Positions 48,874 through 58,932 of a DNA stretch of 64,000 nt are shown piece by piece. A program made the position numbers and the translations under genes. The notes under the pieces were generated by a model. It was not told the origin of the DNA. It saw only the letters and a program-made list of their open reading frames with translations, and ran no database searches. The DNA is taken from NCBI GenBank assembly GCA_958295785.1, contig OY282377.1:3328385-3392384 (forward strand), read 5' to 3'. How positions within the stretch are numbered: position 1 is the first letter of the stretch; every line of letters begins with the position of its first letter. Source of the stretch: an uncultured Latescibacterota bacterium (GTDB lineage: Bacteria; Latescibacterota; UBA2968).

Positions 48874-50163
48874 ATGGCATACAATCACCCATCGTGGATT
48901 CGGAAATTTGAAACAGCGTGCAATGGGCAACCCCTTCGAGCCTTGCGCGAAACGGCAATGGTCGATTTTGACCGGTTGGGCTATCCCACCACCGCGGATG
49001 AAGCGTGGAAAAGCGTGAATCTGTCCGCGCTCATCAAGCCCGATTTCCAACCCGCTGCCCCTGTCCCGCTGTCAGATGCAGAATTGGCCCCCTTTCTCTA
49101 TCCCGACCTGCGGGCCATCCGCATCGTCTTTGTCAATGGGCACTACGCGCCAACACCTATATCTGAGGCGGCCTTAACTATCGCCAATCTCGCCGATGTG
49201 TATGACCACGCGCTCGTCAAAGCGCGTTTGGGAACACTCGCGCGAACAGCAAACCTGCCCTTCACGGCCCTCAACACGGCCTTCATGCGCGATGGCGTAT
49301 TTATCCGCGTTCCGCCAAATGTCGCGGTTGAAACACCCGTGCATCTCCTCTTTCTCACAACGGCTTCAGAGGTGCCCACGATATCGCATCCTCGCGTCTT
49401 GATCATCGCGGAAGAGAACAGCCAACTCGCGCTTGTCGAAACGCATGCCGGAATCGATACAGGCGTTTATTTTAGCAATGCGGTGACGGAAATCATCGCC
49501 CGCGACAATGCCAGTGTGGATCACATTCGCCTCGGGCTGCAAAGCAAGGAGGCATTGCACATCGCCAATTTTCAGGCCGAACTCGGGCGCAACAGCCGGC
49601 TGACTTTGCACGATTTTACCCTCGGCGGGGCATTTGTGCGCCACGACATCAGCGCGTACTTGCGCGGCGAGGGCGGCGAGGCCACGGTCAATGGCTGTTA
49701 TGTGCTCAACGGGTCTCAGCATGTGGATAATTATACCCTGCTCGAGCACGCCGAACCCCATTGCCCGAGCCACGAACTCTACAAGGGGATTTTGGGCGGG
49801 TCCGCGCGCGCCATTTTTCGGGGAAAAATTCACGTCCACCAAAAGGCGCAACACACAGACGCTTACCAGCAAAACGAAAATATTTTGCTATCGGACAATG
49901 CGCGGGTCAACGCCAAACCACAACTCGAAATCTATGCGGACGAGGTCAAGTGTTCGCACGGCGCGACTATCGGGCAACTCGACGAAAACGCCTTGTTTTA
50001 TTTGCAAGCGCGGGGCATTGCCAAAGCCGAGGCCCGGCGGCTATTGTTGCGCGCCTTTGCCGAAGAGGTCGTCGGGCGCGTGCCCCTTGCCCCTGTGCGG
50101 TCACATCTGAGCGATTTGATCGACGCGCGCCTCGCCCACATCCACGCAGAGGACATGGCATGA
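48874..50163 (+). CDS. sufD: SufD
   Basis: EAWK, PQLEIYADEVKCSHGAT and FYLQARGI motifs. Confidence 0.95.
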   Translation: MAYNHPSWIRKFETACNGQPLRALRETAMVDFDRLGYPTTADEAWKSVNLSALIKPDFQPAAPVPLSDAELAPFLYPDLRAIRIVFVNGHYAPTPISEAALTIANLADVYDHALVKARLGTLARTANLPFTALNTAFMRDGVFIRVPPNVAVETPVHLLFLTTASEVPTISHPRVLIIAEENSQLALVETHAGIDTGVYFSNAVTEIIARDNASVDHIRLGLQSKEALHIANFQAELGRNSRLTLHDFTLGGAFVRHDISAYLRGEGGEATVNGCYVLNGSQHVDNYTLLEHAEPHCPSHELYKGILGGSARAIFRGKIHVHQKAQHTDAYQQNENILLSDNARVNAKPQLEIYADEVKCSHGATIGQLDENALFYLQARGIAKAEARRLLLRAFAEEVVGRVPLAPVRSHLSDLIDARLAHIHAEDMA

Positions 50164-51440
50164 ATTCGCCATTGGACATCCTAACGCTTCAACCGCCCGA
50201 GGCTATCGCGCGTCCGGCACAGCCTTTTGATGTGCGCCGCATTCGCGCAGATTTTCCCATTTTGGGCGAACGAGTGCGGGGCCAACCGCTCGCGTACCTC
50301 GACAACGGCGCCACCGCGCAAAAACCATACGCGGTCATCGACGCGCTCGCGCATTATTACGCAACGCAAAATGCCAATGTGCATCGCGGCGTACACCACC
50401 TCTCGCAGGTTGCGACCGACGCGTACGAAGCGGCGAGGAGAAAAGTCGCATCCTTCATCAACGCGGCCTCGGACCGGGAAATCATTTTTGTGCGCGGAAC
50501 CACCGAGGGCATCAACCTCATCGCGCAAACTTTTGGACGCGAGGGCGTTGGCGAAGGCGATGAAATCATCGTCAGCGAAATGGAGCACCATTCCAACATC
50601 GTTCCGTGGTGGATGCTCTGCCGGGAAAAGGGCGCGAAATTGCGCGTCATTCCCATGAACGACCGGGGCGAATTCCGTTTGGATGCGTATAAAACCCTGT
50701 TCTCGCCGCGCACAAAACTCGTGTCTTTTGTCCACATTTCCAACGTGCTCGGCACGGTCAATCCGGCCGCGGAAATGGTGGGCATCGCGCGTGAGCACGG
50801 CGTGCCCGTACACATCGACGGGGCGCAAGCCGTGCCGCATCAGCGCGTAGATGTGCGCGAGATAGATTGCGATTTCTACACGTTTTCCGGGCACAAAATG
50901 TTCGCGCCCACCGGCATTGGCGTCCTCTACGGCAGGGAAACGCTCCTCGAATCCATGCCGCCCTACCACGGCGGGGGCAGCATGATCCAGCATGTGGATT
51001 TTGACGAGATCACGTACGCGGACTTGCCCAACAAGTTTGAAGCCGGCACGCCCAATATCGCGGGCAGCATTGGCTTGGGCGCGGCCATCGACTATCTCAA
51101 CAGCATCGACTTTGACGGCGCAGCGCGATACGAAGCCCAGCTCTTGGAATACGCCCACGCGGCCTTGCGCGCGGTGCCCGACCTCAAATTGATCGGCACG
51201 GCAAAGCACAAAGTGGGCGTGCTCTCGTTTGTCCTGTCCGACATTCACCCCCACGACGCGGGCACGATTCTCGACCTTGCCGGCGTTGCCGTGCGCGCCG
51301 GGCACCACTGCGCCCAACCCATTATGAAACACTACGACATCCCCGCAGCCACGCGCGCCTCGTTGGCATTTTACAATACCCGCGAAGACATTGACGCGCT
51401 GGTGCGCGGGCTTCACAAAGTGCGAAAGGTTTTTGGCTGA
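50160..51440 (+). CDS. sufS: Cysteine desulfurase SufS
   Basis: YLDNGATAQK, EHHSN, SGHK and RAGHHCA motifs. Confidence 0.96.
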   Translation: MNSPLDILTLQPPEAIARPAQPFDVRRIRADFPILGERVRGQPLAYLDNGATAQKPYAVIDALAHYYATQNANVHRGVHHLSQVATDAYEAARRKVASFINAASDREIIFVRGTTEGINLIAQTFGREGVGEGDEIIVSEMEHHSNIVPWWMLCREKGAKLRVIPMNDRGEFRLDAYKTLFSPRTKLVSFVHISNVLGTVNPAAEMVGIAREHGVPVHIDGAQAVPHQRVDVREIDCDFYTFSGHKMFAPTGIGVLYGRETLLESMPPYHGGGSMIQHVDFDEITYADLPNKFEAGTPNIAGSIGLGAAIDYLNSIDFDGAARYEAQLLEYAHAALRAVPDLKLIGTAKHKVGVLSFVLSDIHPHDAGTILDLAGVAVRAGHHCAQPIMKHYDIPAATRASLAFYNTREDIDALVRGLHKVRKVFG

Positions 51441-51901
51441 TGTCCAATTTGCGCGAACTCTACCAGCAACTCATTCTGGATCACAACAAAAATCCCAGAA
51501 ATTTTCGCGCGCTCGATCCCGCGGACCGCTATGCCGAAGGCCACAACCCCCTGTGTGGCGATAGGGTGCAGATCTATCTCCAAATTGAGGGCAACCGCAT
51601 TGCAGAAATCGGCTTTCAAGGGTCGGGATGCGCGATTTCCAAAGCATCGGCGTCTTTGATGACCGAAGCCGTTCAAGGCAAAACCCTCGGCGAAACAGAA
51701 GCCTATTTCAAAGACTTTCAGGCGATGCTCACCGATCCGACCAGCGAGCCGGACCTCAACCATATAGGCAAATTATCGGTTTTTGCCAGCGTGCGCGACT
51801 ATCCCACCCGCGTCAAGTGCGCGACCCTGTCGTGGCACGCGCTTCGGGCAGCCATAGAAAATGCCCACACACCCGCAACCACAGAAAGAGATGACCCATG
51901 A
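51440..51901 (+). CDS. sufU: SufU (NifU-like) scaffold/sulfur acceptor
   Basis: NPLCGD, GCAISKAS and RVKCATL motifs. Confidence 0.95.
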   Translation: MSNLRELYQQLILDHNKNPRNFRALDPADRYAEGHNPLCGDRVQIYLQIEGNRIAEIGFQGSGCAISKASASLMTEAVQGKTLGETEAYFKDFQAMLTDPTSEPDLNHIGKLSVFASVRDYPTRVKCATLSWHALRAAIENAHTPATTERDDP

Positions 51902-52311
51902 GCCTCTTGAACATATTCCGCAAAGATGACGCCCCTGCAACACCCAAAGGGGAAATTCACAATATCGAAGCCCCGCCAACGCCCGCATCAAAAGACCCCA
52001 TCGACCCCGAGGCGGTCCGGGAAGAAATTGTGAAGGCCCTCAAAACCGTGTACGATCCAGAAATTCCGGTTGACATTTACGAACTCGGCCTCATCTACGA
52101 TATCAAAGTGGAAGAAGACGGCAATACATTCGTTCTAATGACGCTGACCGCGCCCAACTGCCCGGCCGCGGGCATTTTGCCCGGGCAAGTCGAATCGGCC
52201 GCCCGATCAGTCGATGGCGTTTACGATGTCAAACTCGATCTCGTTTTTGACCCCCCCTGGACGCCAGAACGCATGTCAGAAGCGGCCAAACTCGAGTTGG
52301 GGATGTTTTGA
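51898..52311 (+). CDS. DUF59/MIP18 (SufT-like) protein
   Basis: DPEIPVDIYELGL, TLTAPNCP and PPWTPERMS motifs. Confidence 0.92.
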   Translation: MSLLNIFRKDDAPATPKGEIHNIEAPPTPASKDPIDPEAVREEIVKALKTVYDPEIPVDIYELGLIYDIKVEEDGNTFVLMTLTAPNCPAAGILPGQVESAARSVDGVYDVKLDLVFDPPWTPERMSEAAKLELGMF

Positions 52312-52357
52312 ATGCGGCACTTCGCGGTGTCCATTTTCCATCTCAAAAGGAAAAACA

Positions 52358-53938
52358 ATGCTCTTGACGCTTAAACAGGCGAGCGAATGGGCATCGGAAT
52401 ACGCCAATAAAAACGTGACGCCTTCCAATATCTCGTATTTGATTCAGTACGCGCGGATCAAATGTGTCGTCAATAACGGCGTCAAGCTCATTCCCAAAGA
52501 AAGCCTGATTGCGTACTACGCCGCGCACCAAAAGCGCCGAGAGACCCGGTGGAAAGAACAACTCGGAAGCGACTTGAATTGGCATCTTTCCTTTGAAGAG
52601 GTCAAAGAAGCGGAAACCACGAAGCACGTACACCGGTTGCACCCCTACAAAGGAAAATTCATTCCCCAACTGGTCGAATATTTCTTGGACGACCATACGG
52701 ACGACTTTAAGCGGGACACCTATTTTGAGCCAAATGATATTGTCCTCGACCCTTTTTGTGGCAGTGGGACCACACTGGTTCAAGCCAACGAACTGGGCAT
52801 GCACGCCATTGGCATTGATATTTCGGCTTTCAACGCTTTGATCGGCAATGCCAAAGTTGCGGGTTACAATTTGGGCGAGTTATACGCCGAAAGCTGGAAA
52901 ATTACAACCGCCCTGAGAAATTTTGTATCCCGCTCGAACATCCTCACATTTGACTCTAAACTCGCTGAACGGCTCGCGGCCTTCAACGCGGCGCATTTTT
53001 CCGTTGCTTTCAAGCAGCGGGTCAAAACCGGGGAAATTGATCAGAAAAACTACGGCAACGAAAAGGACGCCGCCTTTCTGAAAACGTATCGCCAACTCGT
53101 TGCGGAGTACCAAATTGATTTACGGATGTCTGCGGACTCGGGTAGCTTTATGCGACATTGGTATCTGCCGTGCATTCGGGCGGAGATCAATTTTGTCCAC
53201 AGCATGATTCGACAAGTCGCAGATGAGGCGACCCAAAGAGCACTGATGCTGATTTTGAGCCGCACCATCCGCTCGTGCCGGGCGACAACCCATGCGGATT
53301 TAGGCACGTTAAAAGAACCGATCACAACGACCTATTATTGCCGAAAACACGGAAAAATCTGCAAACCGCTGTTTTCCATTTTGGGTTGGTGGGAGCGATA
53401 CAGCGAGGACAGCGTACAGCGATGGGATGCGTTTAGACAGATAAAAACGGATACTTTTCAACACTGTTTGACCGGGGATTCTCGAACCATCGACATTTTT
53501 AAGGCCGTCAGACAGGCGAATCCGCGTCTCGCCGAACGCGCCGAAAAACAACGGATCAAGGGCATTTTTTCCAGCCCGCCTTATGTCGGTTTAATCAACT
53601 ACCACGACCAACACGCCTATGCCTACGATTTGTTTGGTTTCAACAGGCGCGATGAATCGGAGATCGGCCCTTTGTTTAAGGGCAAGGGGAAAGAGGCCAG
53701 AGCATCGTATATTCGAGGGGTGTCGGAGGTCTTAAAGAATTGCAAGCGATTTTTGGCAAAAAATTGCGACGTGTTTCTCGTGGCAAACGATCAGTTTGAC
53801 ATATATCCGACCATAGCGGAAAGAGCGGGGATGCAAATTGTTGACCAGCACAAACGGCCCGTCTTAAATCGCACGGAGAAAAACAGGGGTTCGGCGTATT
53901 CCGAAACGATATTTCATCTGAAAGCACAAAATCACTAA
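52358..53938 (+). CDS. Orphan DNA methyltransferase (N4-cytosine type, SPPY) with N-terminal HTH-like region
   Basis: HPYKGKF, then DPFCGSGTT, then FSSPPY (alpha order). Confidence 0.88.
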   Translation: MLLTLKQASEWASEYANKNVTPSNISYLIQYARIKCVVNNGVKLIPKESLIAYYAAHQKRRETRWKEQLGSDLNWHLSFEEVKEAETTKHVHRLHPYKGKFIPQLVEYFLDDHTDDFKRDTYFEPNDIVLDPFCGSGTTLVQANELGMHAIGIDISAFNALIGNAKVAGYNLGELYAESWKITTALRNFVSRSNILTFDSKLAERLAAFNAAHFSVAFKQRVKTGEIDQKNYGNEKDAAFLKTYRQLVAEYQIDLRMSADSGSFMRHWYLPCIRAEINFVHSMIRQVADEATQRALMLILSRTIRSCRATTHADLGTLKEPITTTYYCRKHGKICKPLFSILGWWERYSEDSVQRWDAFRQIKTDTFQHCLTGDSRTIDIFKAVRQANPRLAERAEKQRIKGIFSSPPYVGLINYHDQHAYAYDLFGFNRRDESEIGPLFKGKGKEARASYIRGVSEVLKNCKRFLAKNCDVFLVANDQFDIYPTIAERAGMQIVDQHKRPVLNRTEKNRGSAYSETIFHLKAQNH

Positions 53939-53953
53939 TGGGCGGTATGCGAT

Positions 53954-54583
53954 ATGGACCGCGTTTTCATCTACTGGGACAATTCCAATATTTTTCACGA
54001 GGCGCAACGCCTTGCCGAAGAACGCAATGAAGGTGCTGACGCCCGTTACCGCGTGCGTATTCACTTCGGCAACTTGTTGCGCTTGGCGCATGCCGACCGA
54101 CCGCTGGCAAAGGCACTCGCCGCCGGTTCTGTGCCGCCGGAAATGCGCCAGTTGTGGAATCGGATGGAAAGCGGGGGTGTGGAAGTCCAGTTGTTTGACC
54201 GCGGCAACCCAGAACGCGGCGAACAAGAAATGCCCGACCGCGTGTTGCAGTTGCGAATGTTGGAAGACGCGCTGGATTACAACGGCGACCCCGGCATTGT
54301 GGTGTTGCTGACCGGCGATGGCGCGGGCTACTTGCAAGGCGCGGGTTTCCACAGCACGCTGGCGCGCATGCACAAACGCGACTGGCGCGTGGAAATCCTG
54401 TCGTGGGCACACGCTTGCAACCAGCGGATGCGCCGATGGGCAGAAGAAAACGGGGCGTTTGTGGCGTTGGACGACTTTTACGAAGCCATAACCTTCAGGG
54501 AGCCATCCAGGGCCGGGTTTGCGCTCGCGGCGGCACGCGATTCTGCGGCATTGGATTTGTCGCAGCGGGCGATGGCTCAATGA
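53954..54583 (+). CDS. NYN-domain (PIN-like) protein
   Basis: IYWDNSN, EQEMPD, LLTGDG and VEILSW motifs. Confidence 0.85.
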   Translation: MDRVFIYWDNSNIFHEAQRLAEERNEGADARYRVRIHFGNLLRLAHADRPLAKALAAGSVPPEMRQLWNRMESGGVEVQLFDRGNPERGEQEMPDRVLQLRMLEDALDYNGDPGIVVLLTGDGAGYLQGAGFHSTLARMHKRDWRVEILSWAHACNQRMRRWAEENGAFVALDDFYEAITFREPSRAGFALAAARDSAALDLSQRAMAQ

Positions 54584-54606
54584 CGCGAAAATAGAAAGGT
54601 GTTTTT

Positions 54607-55089
54607 ATGAAATTGAGCGCGCAAGAAGAATACGGCCTGCGCTGTCTCCTGCAAGTCGCGCAGCGCGAATCCGAAACGGGAGCGAGCATTGCGATTCCCG
54701 AAATCAGCCGCGCCGAAGGCTTGTCCCCCGCCCATGTGGGCAAACTCGTGCGCCTGTTGCGAATTGGCAACCTCGTCAAAAGCGTGCGCGGTCAAGCTGG
54801 CGGTTACAAATTGGCGCGACCCGCCCGCGAAATCCTGATCGCCGATGTGCTCGACGCGCTCGGCGGTCCGTTCTTCAACGACGACTTTTGCGACGAACAC
54901 ACGGGCCATGAAGCGTGTTGCACGCATTCTGTCAACTGCTCGATTCGCACCCTCTGGAACGCCATCCAATTTGTGGTCGACCAGATGCTCGACCGCATTA
55001 CATTGCAAGACCTGATGGGCGATGGGCAGCAGCTTGAAACCCATCTCGCGCACAAAGCCGACAAACTCTTGCAGGTGGCGATGCCGTAG
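54607..55089 (+). CDS. Rrf2-family (IscR-like) regulator
   Basis: YGLRCL, SVRGQAGGY and a Cys cluster (C..CC..C). Confidence 0.92.
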   Translation: MKLSAQEEYGLRCLLQVAQRESETGASIAIPEISRAEGLSPAHVGKLVRLLRIGNLVKSVRGQAGGYKLARPAREILIADVLDALGGPFFNDDFCDEHTGHEACCTHSVNCSIRTLWNAIQFVVDQMLDRITLQDLMGDGQQLETHLAHKADKLLQVAMP

Positions 55090-55261
55090 AGGCGTGAGAC
55101 GAGAGACGTAAGATGGGCCTTCTCACCTCTTGTATCTTTGGGCGAGCACGGGGGCATCGCCCCTACGTTTCTATCCTTCCATCTTACGTCTTACTGCTTC
55201 CGTTTGTTTTGCCGACCACTGCCCACTAACTGCTGAGAGCTTTTTTTTGAGGAGAAATGTT

Positions 55262-55846
55262 ATGAAGATCACCGTTACGGATGTTGCACAAACAGAAATC
55301 ACCCGCTTGATTTATGAACAAGAACAGGTGATTACAGGCGTGCGGATTGCCGCTGAGGCGACATCCCCGTTGCAGGCCAACTACCGCCTCGCCTTTGTGG
55401 CCGAAGGGCAGGACACGGGCCGCGATACCGCGATTCCATTCGATGGCTTCAACATTTACATCGACGGAGACAGCGTGCCTTATACCCAAGACATCACGCT
55501 CGATTTTGTCGATGGCCTGATGGGGCGCGGTTTCAAAATTGACAACCCGCACAAAGTGCCGCCGCACCTCAAAGGCAGCGTGGCTGAAAAAATCCAAATG
55601 GTCATCGACGAAAAAATCAACCCGAGCATTGCCGCGCACGGCGGGCATGTGGCATTGGTCAATGTGGAGGAAAACGCAGCCTATCTTCAATTTGGCGGTG
55701 GATGCCAGGGCTGTGGGATGGTCGATGTCACGCTCAAGCAGGGCGTGGAAGTCATGATCAAAGAAGCCGTTCCCGAGATCGAAAGCGTCCGCGACATCAC
55801 AGACCACGCCGAAGGCACCAATCCGTATTATCAAGCCGCGCAGTAA
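55262..55846 (+). CDS. nfuA: NfuA-like Fe-S carrier
   Basis: Degenerate A-type domain plus NifU-C domain (HGG, GGCQGC). Confidence 0.88.
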   Translation: MKITVTDVAQTEITRLIYEQEQVITGVRIAAEATSPLQANYRLAFVAEGQDTGRDTAIPFDGFNIYIDGDSVPYTQDITLDFVDGLMGRGFKIDNPHKVPPHLKGSVAEKIQMVIDEKINPSIAAHGGHVALVNVEENAAYLQFGGGCQGCGMVDVTLKQGVEVMIKEAVPEIESVRDITDHAEGTNPYYQAAQ

Positions 55847-55871
55847 AGGCCCGATGCCCACCGCTACGCGC

Positions 55872-55920
55872 AAAAACAAAGCACCCGATTCTCTTATGTG
55901 AAATCGGGTGCTCTGTTTTG
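55872..55920 (+). terminator. Terminator after the suf operon
   Basis: agcacccgatt...aatcgggtgct followed by ctgtttt. Confidence 0.65.
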
Positions 55921-56097
55921 GATCCCGTTTTAACATTGATTGTGACTGCGAAAGGCGCGAAAAGACGCGAAAAAACAATTAAATTTGTGTAACCTGGAGG
56001 CTGTCCAAAGCGGTCGCACGCGCCGGAATTTCTGCGGCAAAAGAATGAGATTGTCGATGCGATATTCCCCGCCTTGTAGGCACTTTGCACTATTTCC

Positions 56098-57075
56098 ATG
56101 CCCCACATCATTGTCGAAAATCTGATCAAAACCTTTCACATCGCCCAGCGGCAGCCCGGGGTTTGGGGTGCGTTGCGCGGCGTCATACATCGCAACTACC
56201 GCGAGATCGCGGCCTTGGACGGCATCTCGTTTGCGATTGAGCCCGGGGAACTCGTGGGTTATATCGGGCCGAATGGCGCGGGAAAATCCACCACGGTCAA
56301 AGTCTTGTCCGGCATTCTCGTGCCAGACGCGGGGCATTGTGAAATCCTCGGGCGCGTCCCGTGGAAAGAACGCATCGCGCATGTGGCGCGAATCGGCGTG
56401 GTCTTTGGGCAACGCACGCAATTGTGGTGGGATTTGCCGGTCATCGAATCTTTTGATTTGCTCCGCGACATCTACCGCGTTGACCCGCGCCAATACGGGC
56501 AAACCCGCGATGAATTGATCGCCCTGCTCGCCCTCGAAGATCTCCTCGACATTCCGGTGCGCCAACTCAGTTTGGGACAACGCACGCGCTGCGACCTGGC
56601 CGCGGCCCTCATCCATCGCCCGGCCATCCTGTTTTTGGACGAACCCACGATAGGCTTGGACGCAGTCGCCAAACTCGCGGTGCGCGACTTTATCAAACGT
56701 CTCAACCGCGAGCAAAACATCACGGTCATCCTCACCACGCACGACATGGACGACATCGAAGCCCTTTGCACGCGCGTCATGGTCATCGCGCAGGGACAAA
56801 TTTTGTCCGATGGCACGCTCGAAGCCCTCCGCGACCGAGTCACCAAAGAGCGGCGTCTGATCGTCGATCTGGAAGGCACGGAAGACATCGCGGATCCGGA
56901 CGCCCATGTGATCTTGCGAGACGGGCATCGCGTGCATCTCGCGTTTGATCCGGACCGCATACCCCCCGCGGAGTTGATCGCCCGCATCACCGCGCATCAC
57001 CCCGTGCGCGATCTCTTTGTCGAAAACGCGCCTATCGAGGAAATCATCTCGCGCCTTTACGCAGAAAATCGCTGA
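56098..57075 (+). CDS. ABC transporter ATP-binding protein
   Basis: GPNGAGKS, LSLGQ and LDEPT motifs. Confidence 0.93.
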   Translation: MPHIIVENLIKTFHIAQRQPGVWGALRGVIHRNYREIAALDGISFAIEPGELVGYIGPNGAGKSTTVKVLSGILVPDAGHCEILGRVPWKERIAHVARIGVVFGQRTQLWWDLPVIESFDLLRDIYRVDPRQYGQTRDELIALLALEDLLDIPVRQLSLGQRTRCDLAAALIHRPAILFLDEPTIGLDAVAKLAVRDFIKRLNREQNITVILTTHDMDDIEALCTRVMVIAQGQILSDGTLEALRDRVTKERRLIVDLEGTEDIADPDAHVILRDGHRVHLAFDPDRIPPAELIARITAHHPVRDLFVENAPIEEIISRLYAENR

Positions 57076-57264
57076 CGGATTTGCCACAAAAGGCACAGAA
57101 TGCGAAGATAAAAACGTAGGGGCGCGGCCCCGTGCTCGCCCAAAGATACAAGACGTAAGCCCCACCCAACCACCCAACCGCGTTTTTCCGATTCGTTGAT
57201 AAACGGGCTTGATAAACGGTCAGTTGTCCCCCGCTTTGCGGATTCGCCGCGTACTGTGAATTTT

Positions 57265-58077
57265 ATGAACACATACTTATCTGACAGCAAAGCGTACGCG
57301 GCGGTTTGTTCGGCCAGGTTCCGCACGCTCTTGCAATACCGCGCCGCGGCATTTGCGGGGTTTGGCACGCAACTCTTTTGGGCTCTCATCTACATCATGA
57401 TCTTCGAAGCGTTTTACCGATCCTCACCTGCGACACAGCCCATGACCTATCCCGAAGTCGTCACCTATATCTGGCTCTGCCAAGCCTTTCTCGTCATCCT
57501 CCCGTTCAATGCAGACCCCGACATCCGCGCTATGGTGCGGTCGGGCAATGTGGTCTATGAACTCCTGCGCCCGGCCAATTTGTATTTTTTCTGGTACAGC
57601 CGCGCCATCGCGCAACGCACTGCGCCCGGGGTGTTTCGCGCCCTGCCCATACTCATCATCGCGCTCGTCTTTTTTGAGATGGATCTGCCGCCCGATTTTT
57701 TAGCTGCAGGGGCATGGTTCATCTCGATGATCTTTGCGGTCCTCATCAGCGCGGCCCTCACCAATCTGTTGAACATTTCCCTGTTGTGGACCCTATCGGG
57801 CGAGGGCATAAGCGTCCTCCTCGCGGCCTCGGCAGGGCTGTTGAGCGGGCTGACAATCCCCTTGGTGTTTTTCCCGGACTGGTCGCAGGCATTCATCGCC
57901 TTCCTCCCGTATCGATACGTGATGGACATTCCCTTTCGCTTTTACCTCGGCCACCTCTCGGCAGACCAAATCTGGAATCACTTGCCGTTTCAAATTGGGC
58001 ACCTCGTCGCGCTGATCGCGGCGGGGCGTCTCATTCTCAACCGCGGGATTCGCAGGCTCGTGGCGCAAGGAGGATAG
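57265..58077 (+). CDS. ABC-2-type permease (DUF990-like)
   Basis: QYR and ELLRP motifs; hydrophobic helices. Confidence 0.85.
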   Translation: MNTYLSDSKAYAAVCSARFRTLLQYRAAAFAGFGTQLFWALIYIMIFEAFYRSSPATQPMTYPEVVTYIWLCQAFLVILPFNADPDIRAMVRSGNVVYELLRPANLYFFWYSRAIAQRTAPGVFRALPILIIALVFFEMDLPPDFLAAGAWFISMIFAVLISAALTNLLNISLLWTLSGEGISVLLAASAGLLSGLTIPLVFFPDWSQAFIAFLPYRYVMDIPFRFYLGHLSADQIWNHLPFQIGHLVALIAAGRLILNRGIRRLVAQGG

Positions 58078-58079
58078 CG

Positions 58080-58883
58080 ATGACCAACGCGCTTCGCCTT
58101 TACGTGCATTATATCGGTCAATCGGTTCGCAGCCAGATGCAGTATCGCGCGTCATTCCTCATGCTCTCGCTGGGGACTTTCTTCCAAACGGGCATCGATT
58201 TTCTCGCGGTTGCCGCGCTCTTTGCGCGATTTGAACACATTCACGGATGGGCCCTCCCCGAGGTCGCGTTTCTCTATGGCCTGATCAACATCGCCTTTGC
58301 GTTTGCCGATGCTGCATCTCGCGGGTTTGACCTGTTTGGCATCATGGTCAGAAGCGGCGATTTTGACCGCCTCTTGTTGCGCCCGCGCAGCACGGCCTTG
58401 CAACTCGCCGGGCAGGAACTCACCCTGCGCCGCGTGGGGCGTCTGCTCCAGGGCTCAATCGTCTTTTTGTGGGCGTGTCACACCCTGGACATCGCGTGGT
58501 CCGCGCCCAAGGTCTGTCTCGCGTTGTTCGCCATCTTCGGCGGGGCTTGCCTTTTTGTGGGCCTCCTGGTCATGCAGGCCACGCTCGCGTTTTGGACCAC
58601 CGAATCTCTCGAACTGATGAACACCATGACGTATGGGGGCGTGCAGACCGCGCAGTATCCCATGACCATTTACCGCGCCTATTTTCGCAAATTTTTTACT
58701 TACGTCGTTCCCCTCGCGTGCGTAAATTACCTGCCCGCGCTGGCCGTTCTCGAACGCAGCGACCCCCTCGGATTTCCCGTTGTCTTGCGGTGGATCGCGC
58801 CCATCATCTGCATTGTCTTTCTCGTTGTCGCCCTCCAAGTCTGGAAAATCGGCGTGCGCCATTATCGCTCTACGGGGAGTTGA
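58080..58883 (+). CDS. ABC-2-type permease (DUF990-like)
   Basis: QMQYRASF, GDFDRLLLRP, YPMTIY and YRSTGS motifs. Confidence 0.88.
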   Translation: MTNALRLYVHYIGQSVRSQMQYRASFLMLSLGTFFQTGIDFLAVAALFARFEHIHGWALPEVAFLYGLINIAFAFADAASRGFDLFGIMVRSGDFDRLLLRPRSTALQLAGQELTLRRVGRLLQGSIVFLWACHTLDIAWSAPKVCLALFAIFGGACLFVGLLVMQATLAFWTTESLELMNTMTYGGVQTAQYPMTIYRAYFRKFFTYVVPLACVNYLPALAVLERSDPLGFPVVLRWIAPIICIVFLVVALQVWKIGVRHYRSTGS

Positions 58884-58932
58884 GGACCTAGGACAGACGA
58901 ATAGGCGAATCATTTGCCCAAAGGGGCTTTCT

